Virus record (IMG/VR): IMGVR_UViG_3300024908_000010
Span: 1 to 53,866 of that record
Source of the DNA: a virus
Lineage: Duplodnaviria; Caudoviricetes
Reading direction: 5' to 3' (one strand)
DNA length: 53,866 nt
Positions 18,342 to 28,563 of the stretch are shown here, in pieces. Numbering within the stretch: the first letter of the stretch is position 1; each line of letters opens with the position of its first letter. The position numbers and the translations under genes are program-made. The notes beneath the pieces were generated by a model, which had not been told where the DNA came from, searched no databases, and saw only the letters and a program-made list of their open reading frames with translations.

Positions 18342-19937
18342 TTAATTCCCTTTTGCGTTCTGATGTTTAAAGGCTGACTTGCTCTCAGGGCTTAATATTG
18401 TTGCCGTCCAAGTGTTAGTGCCCGATGAGTTGTAACTAGATGATGAGGTGCGTAGCTTGAAGCCGTTGGCTAGCCTGTCCGCATGAGTTCCCCATGTGAC
18501 TGCGTTACCATTGATAGTGAGTGTTTTAGGTGTACCGTTGCACCAGATGAATGGACCAATAGCATTTGCATTACCTGTGAAGCTTCCTGATTCAATCACA
18601 TCGGTGCTGGTTAGGTTTGCTGTGCATAGTGCTTTGAAGCCAGCAGTTGGTGTATGCGCTGAAACTCTTTGTCCAAAGTTAAAATCAGTGACAGATGATG
18701 TATTACCGTTTGGTATGTAAGCTGGTAAATATGTATCTGCATTAATCGAAATTGAACCTTGACTTACATTATTTTTAAAAAAGGTAACTGTTAGGTTATC
18801 TAAATCAAGCTCAACTCTAACAACGTCATTTGTCGTATATGTAGCACCGTAAGCAGTTAAACTTCCTGAGTTCACTTGCTTACTACCATCATTCACATAA
18901 AAAACACCATTCCCTGTTGATTGCAAGCCACCTGATGCAGTTGATGATATTGAAAGAAGTCCAATAAGCGTTAAGTTGTTTAATTGAGTTATGGTTGCTT
19001 CCCAAAACCACTTACCAGTACTAACAGCAATAGTTCCCCTTGAACAGCGGTCAGCAGGGGCGTTTGCCTGTATAGATAAATTACCTTTAGATAGTGTACC
19101 AACACCCAATGCTAGTGGGTTCCATACGCAATAATTCCCACTAGGCTGAACCGCACTTGCACTACCATTTCCTGCTGGCACATCTAACATCCAGCAACCA
19201 TTCACACCAGCAGAACGTGTGAAGTTTGTGAGCGTCCAGTGATTGTTGTTACCTGACTTGTCGTAACCTAGCGTTGTGGTGCTTGTGCCGTCTTTGAAGT
19301 CTAGGTAGAAGCCGTTTGTGCCGTAGGTACCTGTATATTTCTTGGCTACCCATTGGCCAGTGGTTGCATTTGTTTCACCGAATGATGAAGGTGTTAAAGC
19401 TTGACCATCTACAAAGTGCACCTCAGATAAATAACCATCCAATACGTTAGATGAATTTGTAAAGCAGAATAAAGCATGTGGGATAGCTGTGTTTAAATTA
19501 CTAACTCCTGCGAAATCAGAATCAACTTGGGCACCATTTACTAGGATTTTAGTGGCAGACCCATTCATCACCCACATAAAGTGCATGTGAGCGGATGTAT
19601 CTCTGTATTTTGTAGTTGACGTGTAAAATATGCCACCGTTATACCTGACCTCTATCCGGTCAGACGTATTGAACCATGCAAAATAACCATTAGCAGAGTT
19701 TTCACCAAATATTACTTGACCAGCACCCAATGCAGAACGCTTCATGCGCAACGAGAGCGTCCACACTGCTGCGTTTGTAGGAGTGCCGAAAGTGCGGCGA
19801 AGATAAGTGTTCGCCGCCGCATTAAACCTCAAACTACGCTCAATCACATACCCACCAGCAGCACTACCACCACCAGACATAAAAAAGCTAGGTGTGTAAA
19901 GACTGTAAAGCTTAGAGATAAAGTTTCTAATCATCAC
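18342..19937 (-). CDS. Receptor-binding / tail protein with LamG (ConA-like) and SPRY-like domains
   Basis: SLRFN..WTLS..DGYLSEVHFVDGQAL..YGTNGFYLDF; GKWFWE..DLDNLTVTFFKN..NFGQ. Confidence 0.75.
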   Translation of the reverse strand: MMIRNFISKLYSLYTPSFFMSGGGSAAGGYVIERSLRFNAAANTYLRRTFGTPTNAAVWTLSLRMKRSALGAGQVIFGENSANGYFAWFNTSDRIEVRYNGGIFYTSTTKYRDTSAHMHFMWVMNGSATKILVNGAQVDSDFAGVSNLNTAIPHALFCFTNSSNVLDGYLSEVHFVDGQALTPSSFGETNATTGQWVAKKYTGTYGTNGFYLDFKDGTSTTTLGYDKSGNNNHWTLTNFTRSAGVNGCWMLDVPAGNGSASAVQPSGNYCVWNPLALGVGTLSKGNLSIQANAPADRCSRGTIAVSTGKWFWEATITQLNNLTLIGLLSISSTASGGLQSTGNGVFYVNDGSKQVNSGSLTAYGATYTTNDVVRVELDLDNLTVTFFKNNVSQGSISINADTYLPAYIPNGNTSSVTDFNFGQRVSAHTPTAGFKALCTANLTSTDVIESGSFTGNANAIGPFIWCNGTPKTLTINGNAVTWGTHADRLANGFKLRTSSSSYNSSGTNTWTATILSPESKSAFKHQNAKGN

Positions 19938-21059
19938 TTAACCCACATTCGCCAAGTGACCGTCATAGATGAGCGTGTTCCCAGCGCCACCGATAAAGCT
20001 AATAATGTCGTAAGCACCGTTAGTGGTTGCGCCAGCAGTTAAAGGCGGTGTTGCATTAGGAAATTTAAACGCAGCATTCCAAGCAAATACACGCGCAGAG
20101 GTATCACCGGCTTTTAGCATGAACTTATACATGGCCTTTTCTGTGATACCTGTAGGCGCGCCAAATGTAACGGTGATTGCATTGGTTAGCGTCACCTCAC
20201 GGATTTGGTCTGCGCCATCGAACGTATACGTTGAGGTAGTTGATACTGCGCCAGAGCCGTTGTCAGGCACTTGAGTTGCAGTGAAAGTGTTGGCTACGTT
20301 TTTCTTGACGGTGTTGGCATCGTAAGCTTGAACGTCTGTGCCGATCACTAAACCTAATGTGGTTCTTGATGCTGCGGCATCTGCATCATTTAATAGTGTT
20401 TGAATAAATGCTGAAACACCAAGCGTTGTTAGGTAAGCCGAAGCATCAGCATCATCTAGTAAAGTGCGAGAAAATGCGGTGAGGTCTGTTAATGCCGCTG
20501 CGCCTGCTCCTGTAAAGTATGGCAGTTTATTTGCATCGGTAACAAGAGAAGCTAGTGCGGTTAAATCTGGATCTAACGGCTGATAGCCCGATGCTACTGC
20601 CGCCGCGGTCACTCGCGTATCAATATCCGCCTGCAATTCAGCCAATGCCGCATTTAGATTAGTGGAGGTAAGATTGCCAACGGCCTCAGTAGTAATCGTA
20701 TTGTTTGCTGCAACAATTGTCTTATTAATAAGCGTTTGTGCTGCGCTTAACAATGCAAACACATCGCTTACCACTTGAGGGATTGTATGTTTCTGCCCAG
20801 CATTTTGACCAATCTCACCACCGGCAACAACTAAATCACCTGCAATATTGGCATCAGTTCCATTGTCGGAAATAACGTTTGAAGTTTCTAGCGCATTGCC
20901 TGCAGCATTTACTTTTACAGATTTGCCACCATTACCTGCTAACGTTGGTAATTTATTAAACCCTGCTTCAATTGCATCAAGTTCGGCACGCATGGAAGCA
21001 GATGAGCCACTTGCGCCAGTTTGCGGATAGCCGGTTGAATCATAATATGGGTTCGACAT
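19938..21059 (-). CDS. Tail fibre / spike protein
   Basis: [29 protein letters not shown] fibre motif; N-terminal virion-anchor-like segment. Confidence 0.75.
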   Translation of the reverse strand: MSNPYYDSTGYPQTGASGSSASMRAELDAIEAGFNKLPTLAGNGGKSVKVNAAGNALETSNVISDNGTDANIAGDLVVAGGEIGQNAGQKHTIPQVVSDVFALLSAAQTLINKTIVAANNTITTEAVGNLTSTNLNAALAELQADIDTRVTAAAVASGYQPLDPDLTALASLVTDANKLPYFTGAGAAALTDLTAFSRTLLDDADASAYLTTLGVSAFIQTLLNDADAAASRTTLGLVIGTDVQAYDANTVKKNVANTFTATQVPDNGSGAVSTTSTYTFDGADQIREVTLTNAITVTFGAPTGITEKAMYKFMLKAGDTSARVFAWNAAFKFPNATPPLTAGATTNGAYDIISFIGGAGNTLIYDGHLANVG

Positions 21060-21069
21060 AATTAACTAC

Positions 21070-23109
21070 CTATCTTAATAATCTGCGTTGCGTGTAATGA
21101 ATAATCGCGCTGTTCACGGTAAATGGTCTAAATAGCGCAGATGAGCTACGCAATATCAGCGATATATTTTCAGCGGTGCCTGTAATATCCTGCTCTGCAG
21201 GTAACAAGGTTCTACCATCCCAATAGAACTGATCCCAAACGAACTGATCCCAGAACACACTGCCGAAAGCCGTTTGAATACCACTTAATATTCCCTGATC
21301 AATTTCATTGCTCGCATAGCCAATCTCATACGTTGCATCAAGCTCTGCATAACTGCCGCCAGTAATTTCATAAATAGCTTTTCTGAAACGCTTTCTTAAC
21401 CTTGGGTTTTTCATGAATGAGAAAGCTAGATTCATGTATGCAATAATTGGCTCACCATCAAAGCTTGTGCCACGCTCCATACGATATACAAATCCATCTG
21501 TATCACCTGCGTAGATAAACTCTTCACCGTTATTACTTTCATAAGAACTCATGACCGTCATGGTGTGTGCGTATTGAATTGGCATTGCGCCTTTAAATTC
21601 ACCGTTCTGCATGGTGATATGTAGCGCATAACGATCATTAAATAAAAGGCGGTACTGGTCGCGCAATCGCACAATGCAACTGCCAATGGCGCGTGTTACT
21701 CTTGATTCAATAAATGGACGAATAAACTTTGTAAGCTGTGCGCTTGAGAAGTTACCGAATTGATCTGTGGCCGCAATCTGGCGCACGCCGAGTGCATCCA
21801 TCACATAGCCTTCACCAATGTTTTGCATGGTGTAAGCGAAACCGCCGACCTCAAAACCAAGCGTAACCAGTTGAAAATCTGCTGAGCTATTACCGTAAAG
21901 AATCGATGTTTTGTTCGTGGTAAAAATGGCTAATGCAGGACTTTGATTAGAACCTATCATCGGCAAGAAGCCAGATATGGTATCTCCCATCGCCAGCTCA
22001 CCAGCACCAGAAATGATGGTCCAAAGATATGGTTCACCAGGTGCGCTATTCTGTGCACTACCATTAAATGACAAGAACAAATGATTCACATGCACATCAA
22101 TGTGCTTTGGCGTGTCGTTCGCCATGCCTGTGCTAATCGGTACAAATACCGTGCCATCAAACTCAAATGCACGATGCGTACCACTAGCACCGTACATTTT
22201 TATCGTACCTGCACCACCACCGAAGTTATAGTTGATGCACTCATAGCGGCCATTAGGATTTAAAGTGATTGCAGATTCGGCACCACTTAACGTCACCGCA
22301 CCTGATCCAGTGCTCGTTGCTGCGCCAGCAATAAAACTACCACCTGTTGGCTCTGTAATGATTAATCGACCTGTATTCACGCCAGATTGCAAACTACCAG
22401 TCTGAACAACAACTTTAAGAATCGTTGCAGATACGCCACCTTGCGTAAGTGTGTCGCCATCTTCAATGTCTAAATTGGCATTAGTAAATGCAATCTCATA
22501 ACCAAGATCAATCAGCGTCCAGCCAGAAGGTGATGAAACGTATATATCGGCCTCGGTACCTGCTGCATTATTTCTAAATGCATAGACGTTTCCGTTATAA
22601 CGATGCACGCCTAAAATGCCACCACTACCAGGCACGGCGCTAATATCTTGACGATAAACATCAGTCGCAAGCTTTGTGTATTCTGCTTGCTGTAAAGGCG
22701 TTTCGGCCAATCCAGATATAGCAATACTGGTTGACGTAGCAACTACTACCGCTGACACTGATATATCCTCACCTAAAACAAACGCGCCGGTTAGCTTAGT
22801 AAAGATAATGTTGCCATCCGTCCGTGTTAGCACAACGCCAGTCGCGCCACTTGTAGCACCGACAATCACATCATTGACACTTACCGTACCAACAAAATTA
22901 CATGCGATTGAGTAGAACAAGGCATCAGATGGTGAGGCATGACCATCGAAGCGCTCATAACCTGCAACACGGCGATAACCACCATCAATATCAATTTCAA
23001 AATTAAGAGAATCACGGCACATCCCATCTGGCGTTGATAGTGGCGGTGTAACTAGATTTAATCCACCCTTAAGCGCAAAGTAAGTGGTTAATACGGATGG
23101 TAAACTCAT
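21070..23109 (-). CDS. Tail nozzle / packaged-DNA stabilization protein (tail tubular B-like)
   Basis: 679 aa, beta-rich, N-terminal GGLNL, WDQFVWDQFYWD near the C-terminus; synteny. Confidence 0.7.
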   Translation of the reverse strand: MSLPSVLTTYFALKGGLNLVTPPLSTPDGMCRDSLNFEIDIDGGYRRVAGYERFDGHASPSDALFYSIACNFVGTVSVNDVIVGATSGATGVVLTRTDGNIIFTKLTGAFVLGEDISVSAVVVATSTSIAISGLAETPLQQAEYTKLATDVYRQDISAVPGSGGILGVHRYNGNVYAFRNNAAGTEADIYVSSPSGWTLIDLGYEIAFTNANLDIEDGDTLTQGGVSATILKVVVQTGSLQSGVNTGRLIITEPTGGSFIAGAATSTGSGAVTLSGAESAITLNPNGRYECINYNFGGGAGTIKMYGASGTHRAFEFDGTVFVPISTGMANDTPKHIDVHVNHLFLSFNGSAQNSAPGEPYLWTIISGAGELAMGDTISGFLPMIGSNQSPALAIFTTNKTSILYGNSSADFQLVTLGFEVGGFAYTMQNIGEGYVMDALGVRQIAATDQFGNFSSAQLTKFIRPFIESRVTRAIGSCIVRLRDQYRLLFNDRYALHITMQNGEFKGAMPIQYAHTMTVMSSYESNNGEEFIYAGDTDGFVYRMERGTSFDGEPIIAYMNLAFSFMKNPRLRKRFRKAIYEITGGSYAELDATYEIGYASNEIDQGILSGIQTAFGSVFWDQFVWDQFYWDGRTLLPAEQDITGTAENISLILRSSSALFRPFTVNSAIIHYTQRRLLR

Positions 23110-23999
23110 GATGCAATAGTTTCAGTGTAAGGGTTAGCTGAGGCCAGTTCATTGCTGACAACTGAGCCACCACTGCCCACTACTTGTGAATTGGCAGCAT
23201 CTTTCTTGAGCAAAGGTTTTAATTTGTTGGTGAGCTCAGAATACGCATTAACAGTTGAGTTTCCTTTGCTTCCATTGATACTGTTACCAAGTGCATTAAT
23301 GTCATTAGTGGCAGATTCTGCCACCTCAAGGTTTTTATACAGCGCACCAAACCCACCAAATGTTTCTGCTTGAACAAATCTTGATGGATCTGAAACGCGC
23401 ATTGCATCAAGGTCTTTTTGTGTGTAATTCTCTGGCACATTGTATTGCCCTAGCCTTTTCACTGATCCTAGCAATCCACCTAAGCCGTTGTTGTATGATT
23501 CCATCTTCTTAGCCGCATCAGCCATCGCCTCTTCTTGCGTCTTGAACATACTGCCTTTAGTGGCAAATGAAGATTTTGGCGGCTCAATAGGCGCAACGTT
23601 TGCATAATCCCCTGCCCCATTTTTTATAGTATTTTGCGTGTACCCAAAATATTCATTGGTTGGTGGTGCAGGTAAAGCTGCTGGATTGTCTGATATTGAA
23701 TAGCGCACTGTGGATTTGTTCGCCATCTGGTCTTTTAAAATGGCGTATCTATCGTTGTAGGCGCTTACCTTTTTTTTGTAGTCATCATCATTGTTAATTT
23801 GACGTGCAAGCCTGTCAGCTTTTTGTGACATATTGCGTGTTCTAAACGATGCACTATCACCAATCGTTTCTTCTACTTGGCGCTTGTTTGATGTTGAGAT
23901 TCTTTCAAGCTCTGGCAGTGCTTGTAGCTTTGCAAATTCCGCATAATAAGCTGCCGCTGCCGCTTGTTGCGCTTTACGCTTTTGTGATGATGCGCCCAT
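23106..23999 (-). CDS. Hypothetical protein (possible internal virion protein)
   Basis: 297 aa, coupled to neighbours, no Cys or Trp. Confidence 0.55.
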   Translation of the reverse strand: MGASSQKRKAQQAAAAAYYAEFAKLQALPELERISTSNKRQVEETIGDSASFRTRNMSQKADRLARQINNDDDYKKKVSAYNDRYAILKDQMANKSTVRYSISDNPAALPAPPTNEYFGYTQNTIKNGAGDYANVAPIEPPKSSFATKGSMFKTQEEAMADAAKKMESYNNGLGGLLGSVKRLGQYNVPENYTQKDLDAMRVSDPSRFVQAETFGGFGALYKNLEVAESATNDINALGNSINGSKGNSTVNAYSELTNKLKPLLKKDAANSQVVGSGGSVVSNELASANPYTETIAS

Positions 24000-24007
24000 A
24001 ATTATTC

Positions 24008-24682
24008 CTAAATAAGCGGTTCAGCCATTTGCACATCTGGCAATTGGTTAAGTTCTAATTTGCCCATGTAAAATGAAATGTTCTTTTGTGCGCGTGCAAT
24101 GACTTCGCCTGCTGATTCATACAGCCCGTAAGATTCAAGCGCCTTCCAAACAATCAACTCATGAAACTGTGCTGGCATTTCAGGCTCATCTGCATCAATC
24201 AGTAATCTTTGCGGCGTTTTCCAATACTGGCCGCTGACAGTAAACACGCCATCTGGCTTAGGACCAATTAAGAGCTTTTGGTCTGGTGCTACTGCAAAAC
24301 AAACTGGCGTGCCTGATGGCTGTGGTCCAGTGAGATATACGCTGCGATATTGACGATAAAGCAATTCGCCCAGCTCAAATTCATTAGAGATACCAACGCT
24401 AGTACGGAAAGACTTGATTGTGTCTGAATCCCATTGGCTAAATCGCTCAGTAATACCAGCTTCCAATGGGGTGTAGTCATACTTGTTTAGCGTAGTTTCA
24501 AACTCAAAGTCCGCACGCATCCAGTTCCAGTTTTGGCGACCAAGTTGGATCATGTTGTATGCACTATTAACCCATGCGACAATGCGACCCATTTCACCAT
24601 TCTGGCTACTTACTGTTGCAGGGCCAACACCACTGATGCCAGCCTCTCGCCTTACCTCTTTGCATATCTCTAAGAACGTCAT
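24008..24682 (-). CDS. Head-tail adaptor (tail tubular A-like)
   Basis: MTFLEIC..WNWM..IGPKPD..PAQFHELIVW pattern; synteny. Confidence 0.7.
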   Translation of the reverse strand: MTFLEICKEVRREAGISGVGPATVSSQNGEMGRIVAWVNSAYNMIQLGRQNWNWMRADFEFETTLNKYDYTPLEAGITERFSQWDSDTIKSFRTSVGISNEFELGELLYRQYRSVYLTGPQPSGTPVCFAVAPDQKLLIGPKPDGVFTVSGQYWKTPQRLLIDADEPEMPAQFHELIVWKALESYGLYESAGEVIARAQKNISFYMGKLELNQLPDVQMAEPLI

Positions 24683-24689
24683 GGCTTAA

Positions 24690-25238
24690 CTATGCTCGGC
24701 GTGTTGCACGTAGGTTGCGCAACCACTCAAGACCTTCGCGTGTATCTTGAATTACTGTAAATTGATATGGTGAAATGCTGTATGCTTTTTGGAATGATTC
24801 AAGCACACCTTCACTATTCACTTGCTCATGGTTTTTATATCGAACTTGGCGCGATGCGGAAGCAACGCCTAAATACTTACGTTTAATTGTCACCTCAACG
24901 CCGCGTGGAACCCATGGAATACCATTTGGCCCAGCGCCCACACTATTGATTGATAAGTAAACATACTTTTCTGCGTCTGCCGTGTTGCCTTCTTGAAACA
25001 TTACGGTTACTGGCTCTTCAAGAAAGGCTAATTTTTTTGCTTTATCATCTAATCCGTGAATAGATTGAATTTCAATATCTTCACCAATTAGCTGTTTCTC
25101 ACCCTTTTGAGAAAATTTAACGGTCTTTTCTGGGGCTACTTCTAACTCTTCTGATGCAATCGCATTGGATTTAATAACAGGTGCTGATTTAGCATCTGTT
25201 GGTTTACGTGCTGGTGTATTTTTGGTCACTCTGGCCAT
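24690..25238 (-). CDS. Conserved phage structural-region protein
   Basis: 182 aa, VPRGVEV..YQF motif, own promoter motif. Confidence 0.6.
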   Translation of the reverse strand: MARVTKNTPARKPTDAKSAPVIKSNAIASEELEVAPEKTVKFSQKGEKQLIGEDIEIQSIHGLDDKAKKLAFLEEPVTVMFQEGNTADAEKYVYLSINSVGAGPNGIPWVPRGVEVTIKRKYLGVASASRQVRYKNHEQVNSEGVLESFQKAYSISPYQFTVIQDTREGLEWLRNLRATRRA

Positions 25239-25299
25239 TGATGGGTTACTCCTGTGTGAGTTTGAAAACTAAGTGTTTAAACTAAGCATTAACGCACCC

Positions 25300-25323
25300 A
25301 AGATAACGCAATCCACCTGTGTC
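25300..25323 (-). promoter_or_regulatory. Putative late promoter motif, copy upstream of the tail block
   Basis: GACACAGGTGGA-ttgcgt-TATCTT. Confidence 0.65.
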
Positions 25324-25335
25324 GCAATTTGATAC

Positions 25336-25361
25336 AAAAAAGCCCCAATTAAGGGGCTTTT
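25336..25361. terminator. Intrinsic terminator after the capsid operon
   Basis: A6-GCCCC-aattaa-GGGGC-T4. Confidence 0.8.
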
Positions 25362-25386
25362 CTTCAAGTGTTAACTTATAGGTTAA

Positions 25387-25752
25387 CTATGCGATTGCTT
25401 TGAAGTAGCAAGTCTTGCTTGCCAATACAAGTGCGAGTGTCGCATTTTGTAACACACGGAAACCGTTGTCAGTTAATGTAATGCCACCGTTACCGCCGGT
25501 AACTTCAAGTGTACGAGTACCAGCAGCTGCAGTTTTGATACAACTGTTAGCTGCCATTCCTTCATAAAACTCGCCACCAACACGATCAGTTGCGTTGATA
25601 AATTCAACGTATTTAGGTTTAAAGCCAACGTCAATTTCGATATAGTCAGTTGCAGTGATTGCAGTTGCATCGAATACTACTTTACCAACAGCTACCTGAC
25701 CGTTTTGCTGTGATGGATTCAAGGTTACTGTACGCGCTATATTTTCAGCCAT
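25387..25752 (-). CDS. Putative capsid decoration protein
   Basis: 121 aa, beta-rich, two genes after the major capsid gene, AGGAAGGA RBS. Confidence 0.6.
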   Translation of the reverse strand: MAENIARTVTLNPSQQNGQVAVGKVVFDATAITATDYIEIDVGFKPKYVEFINATDRVGGEFYEGMAANSCIKTAAAGTRTLEVTGGNGGITLTDNGFRVLQNATLALVLASKTCYFKAIA

Positions 25753-25790
25753 GATAATTCCTTCCTAATGAGTTAAGTAAACACCACAGC

Positions 25791-26000
25791 TTAAGCTGTA
25801 AGTGTTAATGCTGCTGGATTTGTAGTCGCAGCATAATTTGTGTCTGTTACGCCTGCATCCGCATCAAGCTTTGCAGTGATTGCAACAATACTTGCACGCA
25901 AAGCGGTGTTATCGGCTAAAACAGCTTCTAACAGCTCACGCTGTGCTTTTGCTTCACGCTTGTCTTTAAATGTGGAGGTTTGTTGTTTGATTGAGGCCAT
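25791..26000 (-). CDS. Small virion protein (69 aa)
   Basis: AAAGGA RBS before MASIK; AKLDADAGVTDTNY motif. Confidence 0.6.
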   Translation of the reverse strand: MASIKQQTSTFKDKREAKAQRELLEAVLADNTALRASIVAITAKLDADAGVTDTNYAATTNPAALTLTA

Positions 26001-26054
26001 ACCATTTCCTTTACTAATAAATTTAACAAAGGGGAATTCCACCCCTTTAGTTGA

Positions 26055-27098
26055 TTAAGCTAGGTTAGGTGTACCAACTTCTAAAACAGCCATCCAGCCT
26101 TGGTTAAGCACTAATGAATCGTAGTAGAACTTAGAGCCTGCATAACCACGTTGGCCCAATGGGTCGGCTTTATCTGCAACACCAGGTGGAACCCATGTCG
26201 GTGTAATTGCATCAACGCCGCGCAACATCACATTGCCCCAAGCCTCTTCTGCCGCTACGATGCAAGGGTAAACGTCAATCAATGTGCCGTTAGTTGAGGC
26301 TAAGCCTGTTGCACCAATTGCCGCACCTGCATCGATGTACGGCGCAAGTTCTGGTGATGTAACAAAGCGGAAGTTTTCAGCAGAACCGATTTCACCTTCT
26401 GAAATGGTTTTACGACTGCCGTAATCTGCCACTGGCACAAAGCCTGGCAAATCACGAATAGCAGGGTCCATATCAGTATGGCAATAAACCACGTATGAAG
26501 CCTCAACTGATGAAGTGCCATAGCCTGGGCTTGCATCTAAAATGCTTGTGATTTGTTTTGCATGGTTAGATTTTAAGCCTTTAGTAACACGGCGAATTAA
26601 GTTAAGACTTAATGTTTCATCCACTGTATCTGTGCTTGAACCACCAGCGTAGTATTTGTTGGTACCAGCCTTTAATGCACCGAAGCAAACCATTTCACGA
26701 ATCAAACCAATCGTTTCACCGATTTGTTTTTTCATGTCGCCAGCAACGTCATCTTCGTACAAGTCAAATGTCTTGTCTGTGATTGAATACAATACGCCGT
26801 ATTGTTCAACTACTGCAGTTACATCGGTGTAAGCCATCGTGCGTGCAGTTGGTGTTACACCTTCGTTAAGTTTGTAGCCATCAGCGAAAGTGCCTACATT
26901 TGAACCATTGATCCAAACGTTATCAACGCCGCCTGGTGGCAATGCACGGCGATAAACAACAGTATCGCTTGAGTTTTTAGGCATCTTTTTTTGTAAGCCT
27001 GTTTTGCATAATACTTCCATTGGCATGGCGTGTTTAAGAATATCGCCTTTAAGTTTGCCAATACGTGCTGCTTGTGTGGTCATTGTTTGAATAGCCAT
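26055..27098 (-). CDS. Major capsid protein, N4-gp56-like family
   Basis: KMPKNS..EGVTP..EQYG..EIGS..DVYP..DPLGQRG. Confidence 0.9.
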   Translation of the reverse strand: MAIQTMTTQAARIGKLKGDILKHAMPMEVLCKTGLQKKMPKNSSDTVVYRRALPPGGVDNVWINGSNVGTFADGYKLNEGVTPTARTMAYTDVTAVVEQYGVLYSITDKTFDLYEDDVAGDMKKQIGETIGLIREMVCFGALKAGTNKYYAGGSSTDTVDETLSLNLIRRVTKGLKSNHAKQITSILDASPGYGTSSVEASYVVYCHTDMDPAIRDLPGFVPVADYGSRKTISEGEIGSAENFRFVTSPELAPYIDAGAAIGATGLASTNGTLIDVYPCIVAAEEAWGNVMLRGVDAITPTWVPPGVADKADPLGQRGYAGSKFYYDSLVLNQGWMAVLEVGTPNLA

Positions 27099-27110
27099 GA
27101 TATTTCCTTT

Positions 27111-27992
27111 TTATTTTTTAAACGCCGCATTAAAACCGTCTAACTCGCTCATTGCTTGCGGCTTTATTGCTGCTTGTGTACCTTTAGGTGTAATGGCACG
27201 TTGTAAACGCTCTTTGCGTTCTTGCGCACCGCTATTTTTTGTGGCGTGCCAACTCTTAAACTCAGAAAGCTTTTCACCGATATACATTGCATCCCAGCTA
27301 TCATCTAACTTTGTACGCTCATCATCTGGTAGCGTTTGCTTCCAAACTTTGTAATCGTCCGAAGTCAGTAACTGCGGTGCGTCTTTGTGCTGGATCAGCA
27401 ACAAATTCTTTTGCATATCCTTACTTAACTCTTCACGCACTTGCGCTACACGGCTTTCAAATACATCGTTAGATTGATTCGTATCTGCCGTGCCAAAGCT
27501 ATTAAAATCTTCTGCCAATATCTCTGCAATTTCTGGGAACTCTTCACTCAATCGTTTGAAGTTTGCGCCACTAAAATTCATCTTGGCTTGTTGCTGATTT
27601 TGCCCATTCTTTTGCAATTCAAGTAATACGCGATTTATCTCACCAATTTTGCCGTGCACCTTACGAATTTCAGCAGTTGTCATCTGCTCAACTTCTTCGA
27701 TCTTTGGCATCTTGGCTAACATTGCTGTTAGTTGCTCTGGTGTTAAACCTACTTGTTGCTCAATTGGCGCATCATCAACTGCCTTAACTTCATCTTGTGT
27801 AGCGTCATCAGCATTGCTTACCTCTGCTTCTTCTGTGCTTGTTTCATCAGTAGGGGCTTCATCAGCGCGTACTTCATTATTCAAACTTGCAGAAAATGCA
27901 GCAGATTCCTCTGCCTGTGCTACCTCATGCGCGGTTGCTTGCGCTTCAAGGTCGGTTGCTTCATCAATTGCTTGCGTTCCATCTAATTGCAT
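27111..27992 (-). CDS. Capsid scaffolding protein
   Basis: Acidic N-terminus, coiled coil, C-terminal GFNAAF, directly upstream of the capsid gene. Confidence 0.75.
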   Translation of the reverse strand: MQLDGTQAIDEATDLEAQATAHEVAQAEESAAFSASLNNEVRADEAPTDETSTEEAEVSNADDATQDEVKAVDDAPIEQQVGLTPEQLTAMLAKMPKIEEVEQMTTAEIRKVHGKIGEINRVLLELQKNGQNQQQAKMNFSGANFKRLSEEFPEIAEILAEDFNSFGTADTNQSNDVFESRVAQVREELSKDMQKNLLLIQHKDAPQLLTSDDYKVWKQTLPDDERTKLDDSWDAMYIGEKLSEFKSWHATKNSGAQERKERLQRAITPKGTQAAIKPQAMSELDGFNAAFKK

Positions 27993-28005
27993 TTAAAACT
28001 CCTCA

Positions 28006-28242
28006 TTACTCAAAAGGGGGTGATTCCTCAACGCCTCTTGCCAAACTCGGCGGTGGATTTTCCAGCGCCAAAAAACTTTTAATCTCTAAAATTCTGCCTC
28101 GCATTTTTGCTGTTTGAACTGCATCTGCATCACCATCGTTTTGCTTTCTGCATGTTTCTAATCTAGCTTCTAAATGCGTTTTGATTTTCGCCCAAAGTGC
28201 AGTCTGCTTTTCAGCAGCGTTTAGCAGTAACTTATTCGACAT
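28006..28242 (-). CDS. Conserved small head-region protein
   Basis: W..IK..L..R..ND..RGRI..LALE pattern between portal and scaffold. Confidence 0.65.
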   Translation of the reverse strand: MSNKLLLNAAEKQTALWAKIKTHLEARLETCRKQNDGDADAVQTAKMRGRILEIKSFLALENPPPSLARGVEESPPFE

Positions 28243-28248
28243 GTGCTT

Positions 28249-28272
28249 ACTTTATTCTTGTCCACCTGTGTC
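28249..28272 (-). promoter_or_regulatory. Putative late promoter motif, copy driving scaffold/capsid genes
   Basis: GACACAGGTGGA-caagaa-TAAAGT inside the 3' end of the 103-aa gene. Confidence 0.65.
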
Positions 28273-28563
28273 AAAGGGGCTTTTTCCATCTTTTAATCTT
28301 TGAATTGCATGATTCACAGCTTTATCCATAATTGGCTTAGGAATGTCGCTAGGCTTAGGCTCATTCTCTAAAAGATATTTAATTTCTTCTTGGTCTAGCG
28401 TTGGCACCAGTAAAGGTATTTCCATTTCGCCTGCACCAAAATCAACCCCAACAGATATTTCTGTAGATACTTTTCCATCAGGCCTTTGAAGCACACCCAA
28501 AAATCCAGAACCTTTTTTTGTTCCGTCATTTCTGTTACCAAACTCATTTAATAAGCCAGCCAC
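28252..28563 (-). CDS. Conserved phage hypothetical protein
   Basis: 103 aa, RNDGTKKG.GFLG..STEISVG..IPLLVP. Confidence 0.65.
   Translation of the reverse strand: MAGLLNEFGNRNDGTKKGSGFLGVLQRPDGKVSTEISVGVDFGAGEMEIPLLVPTLDQEEIKYLLENEPKPSDIPKPIMDKAVNHAIQRLKDGKSPFDTGGQE

Noticed and set aside
18342-21059. Diversity-generating retroelement or invertible tail cassette
   Set aside because: No reverse transcriptase, invertase or template/variable repeat pair seen
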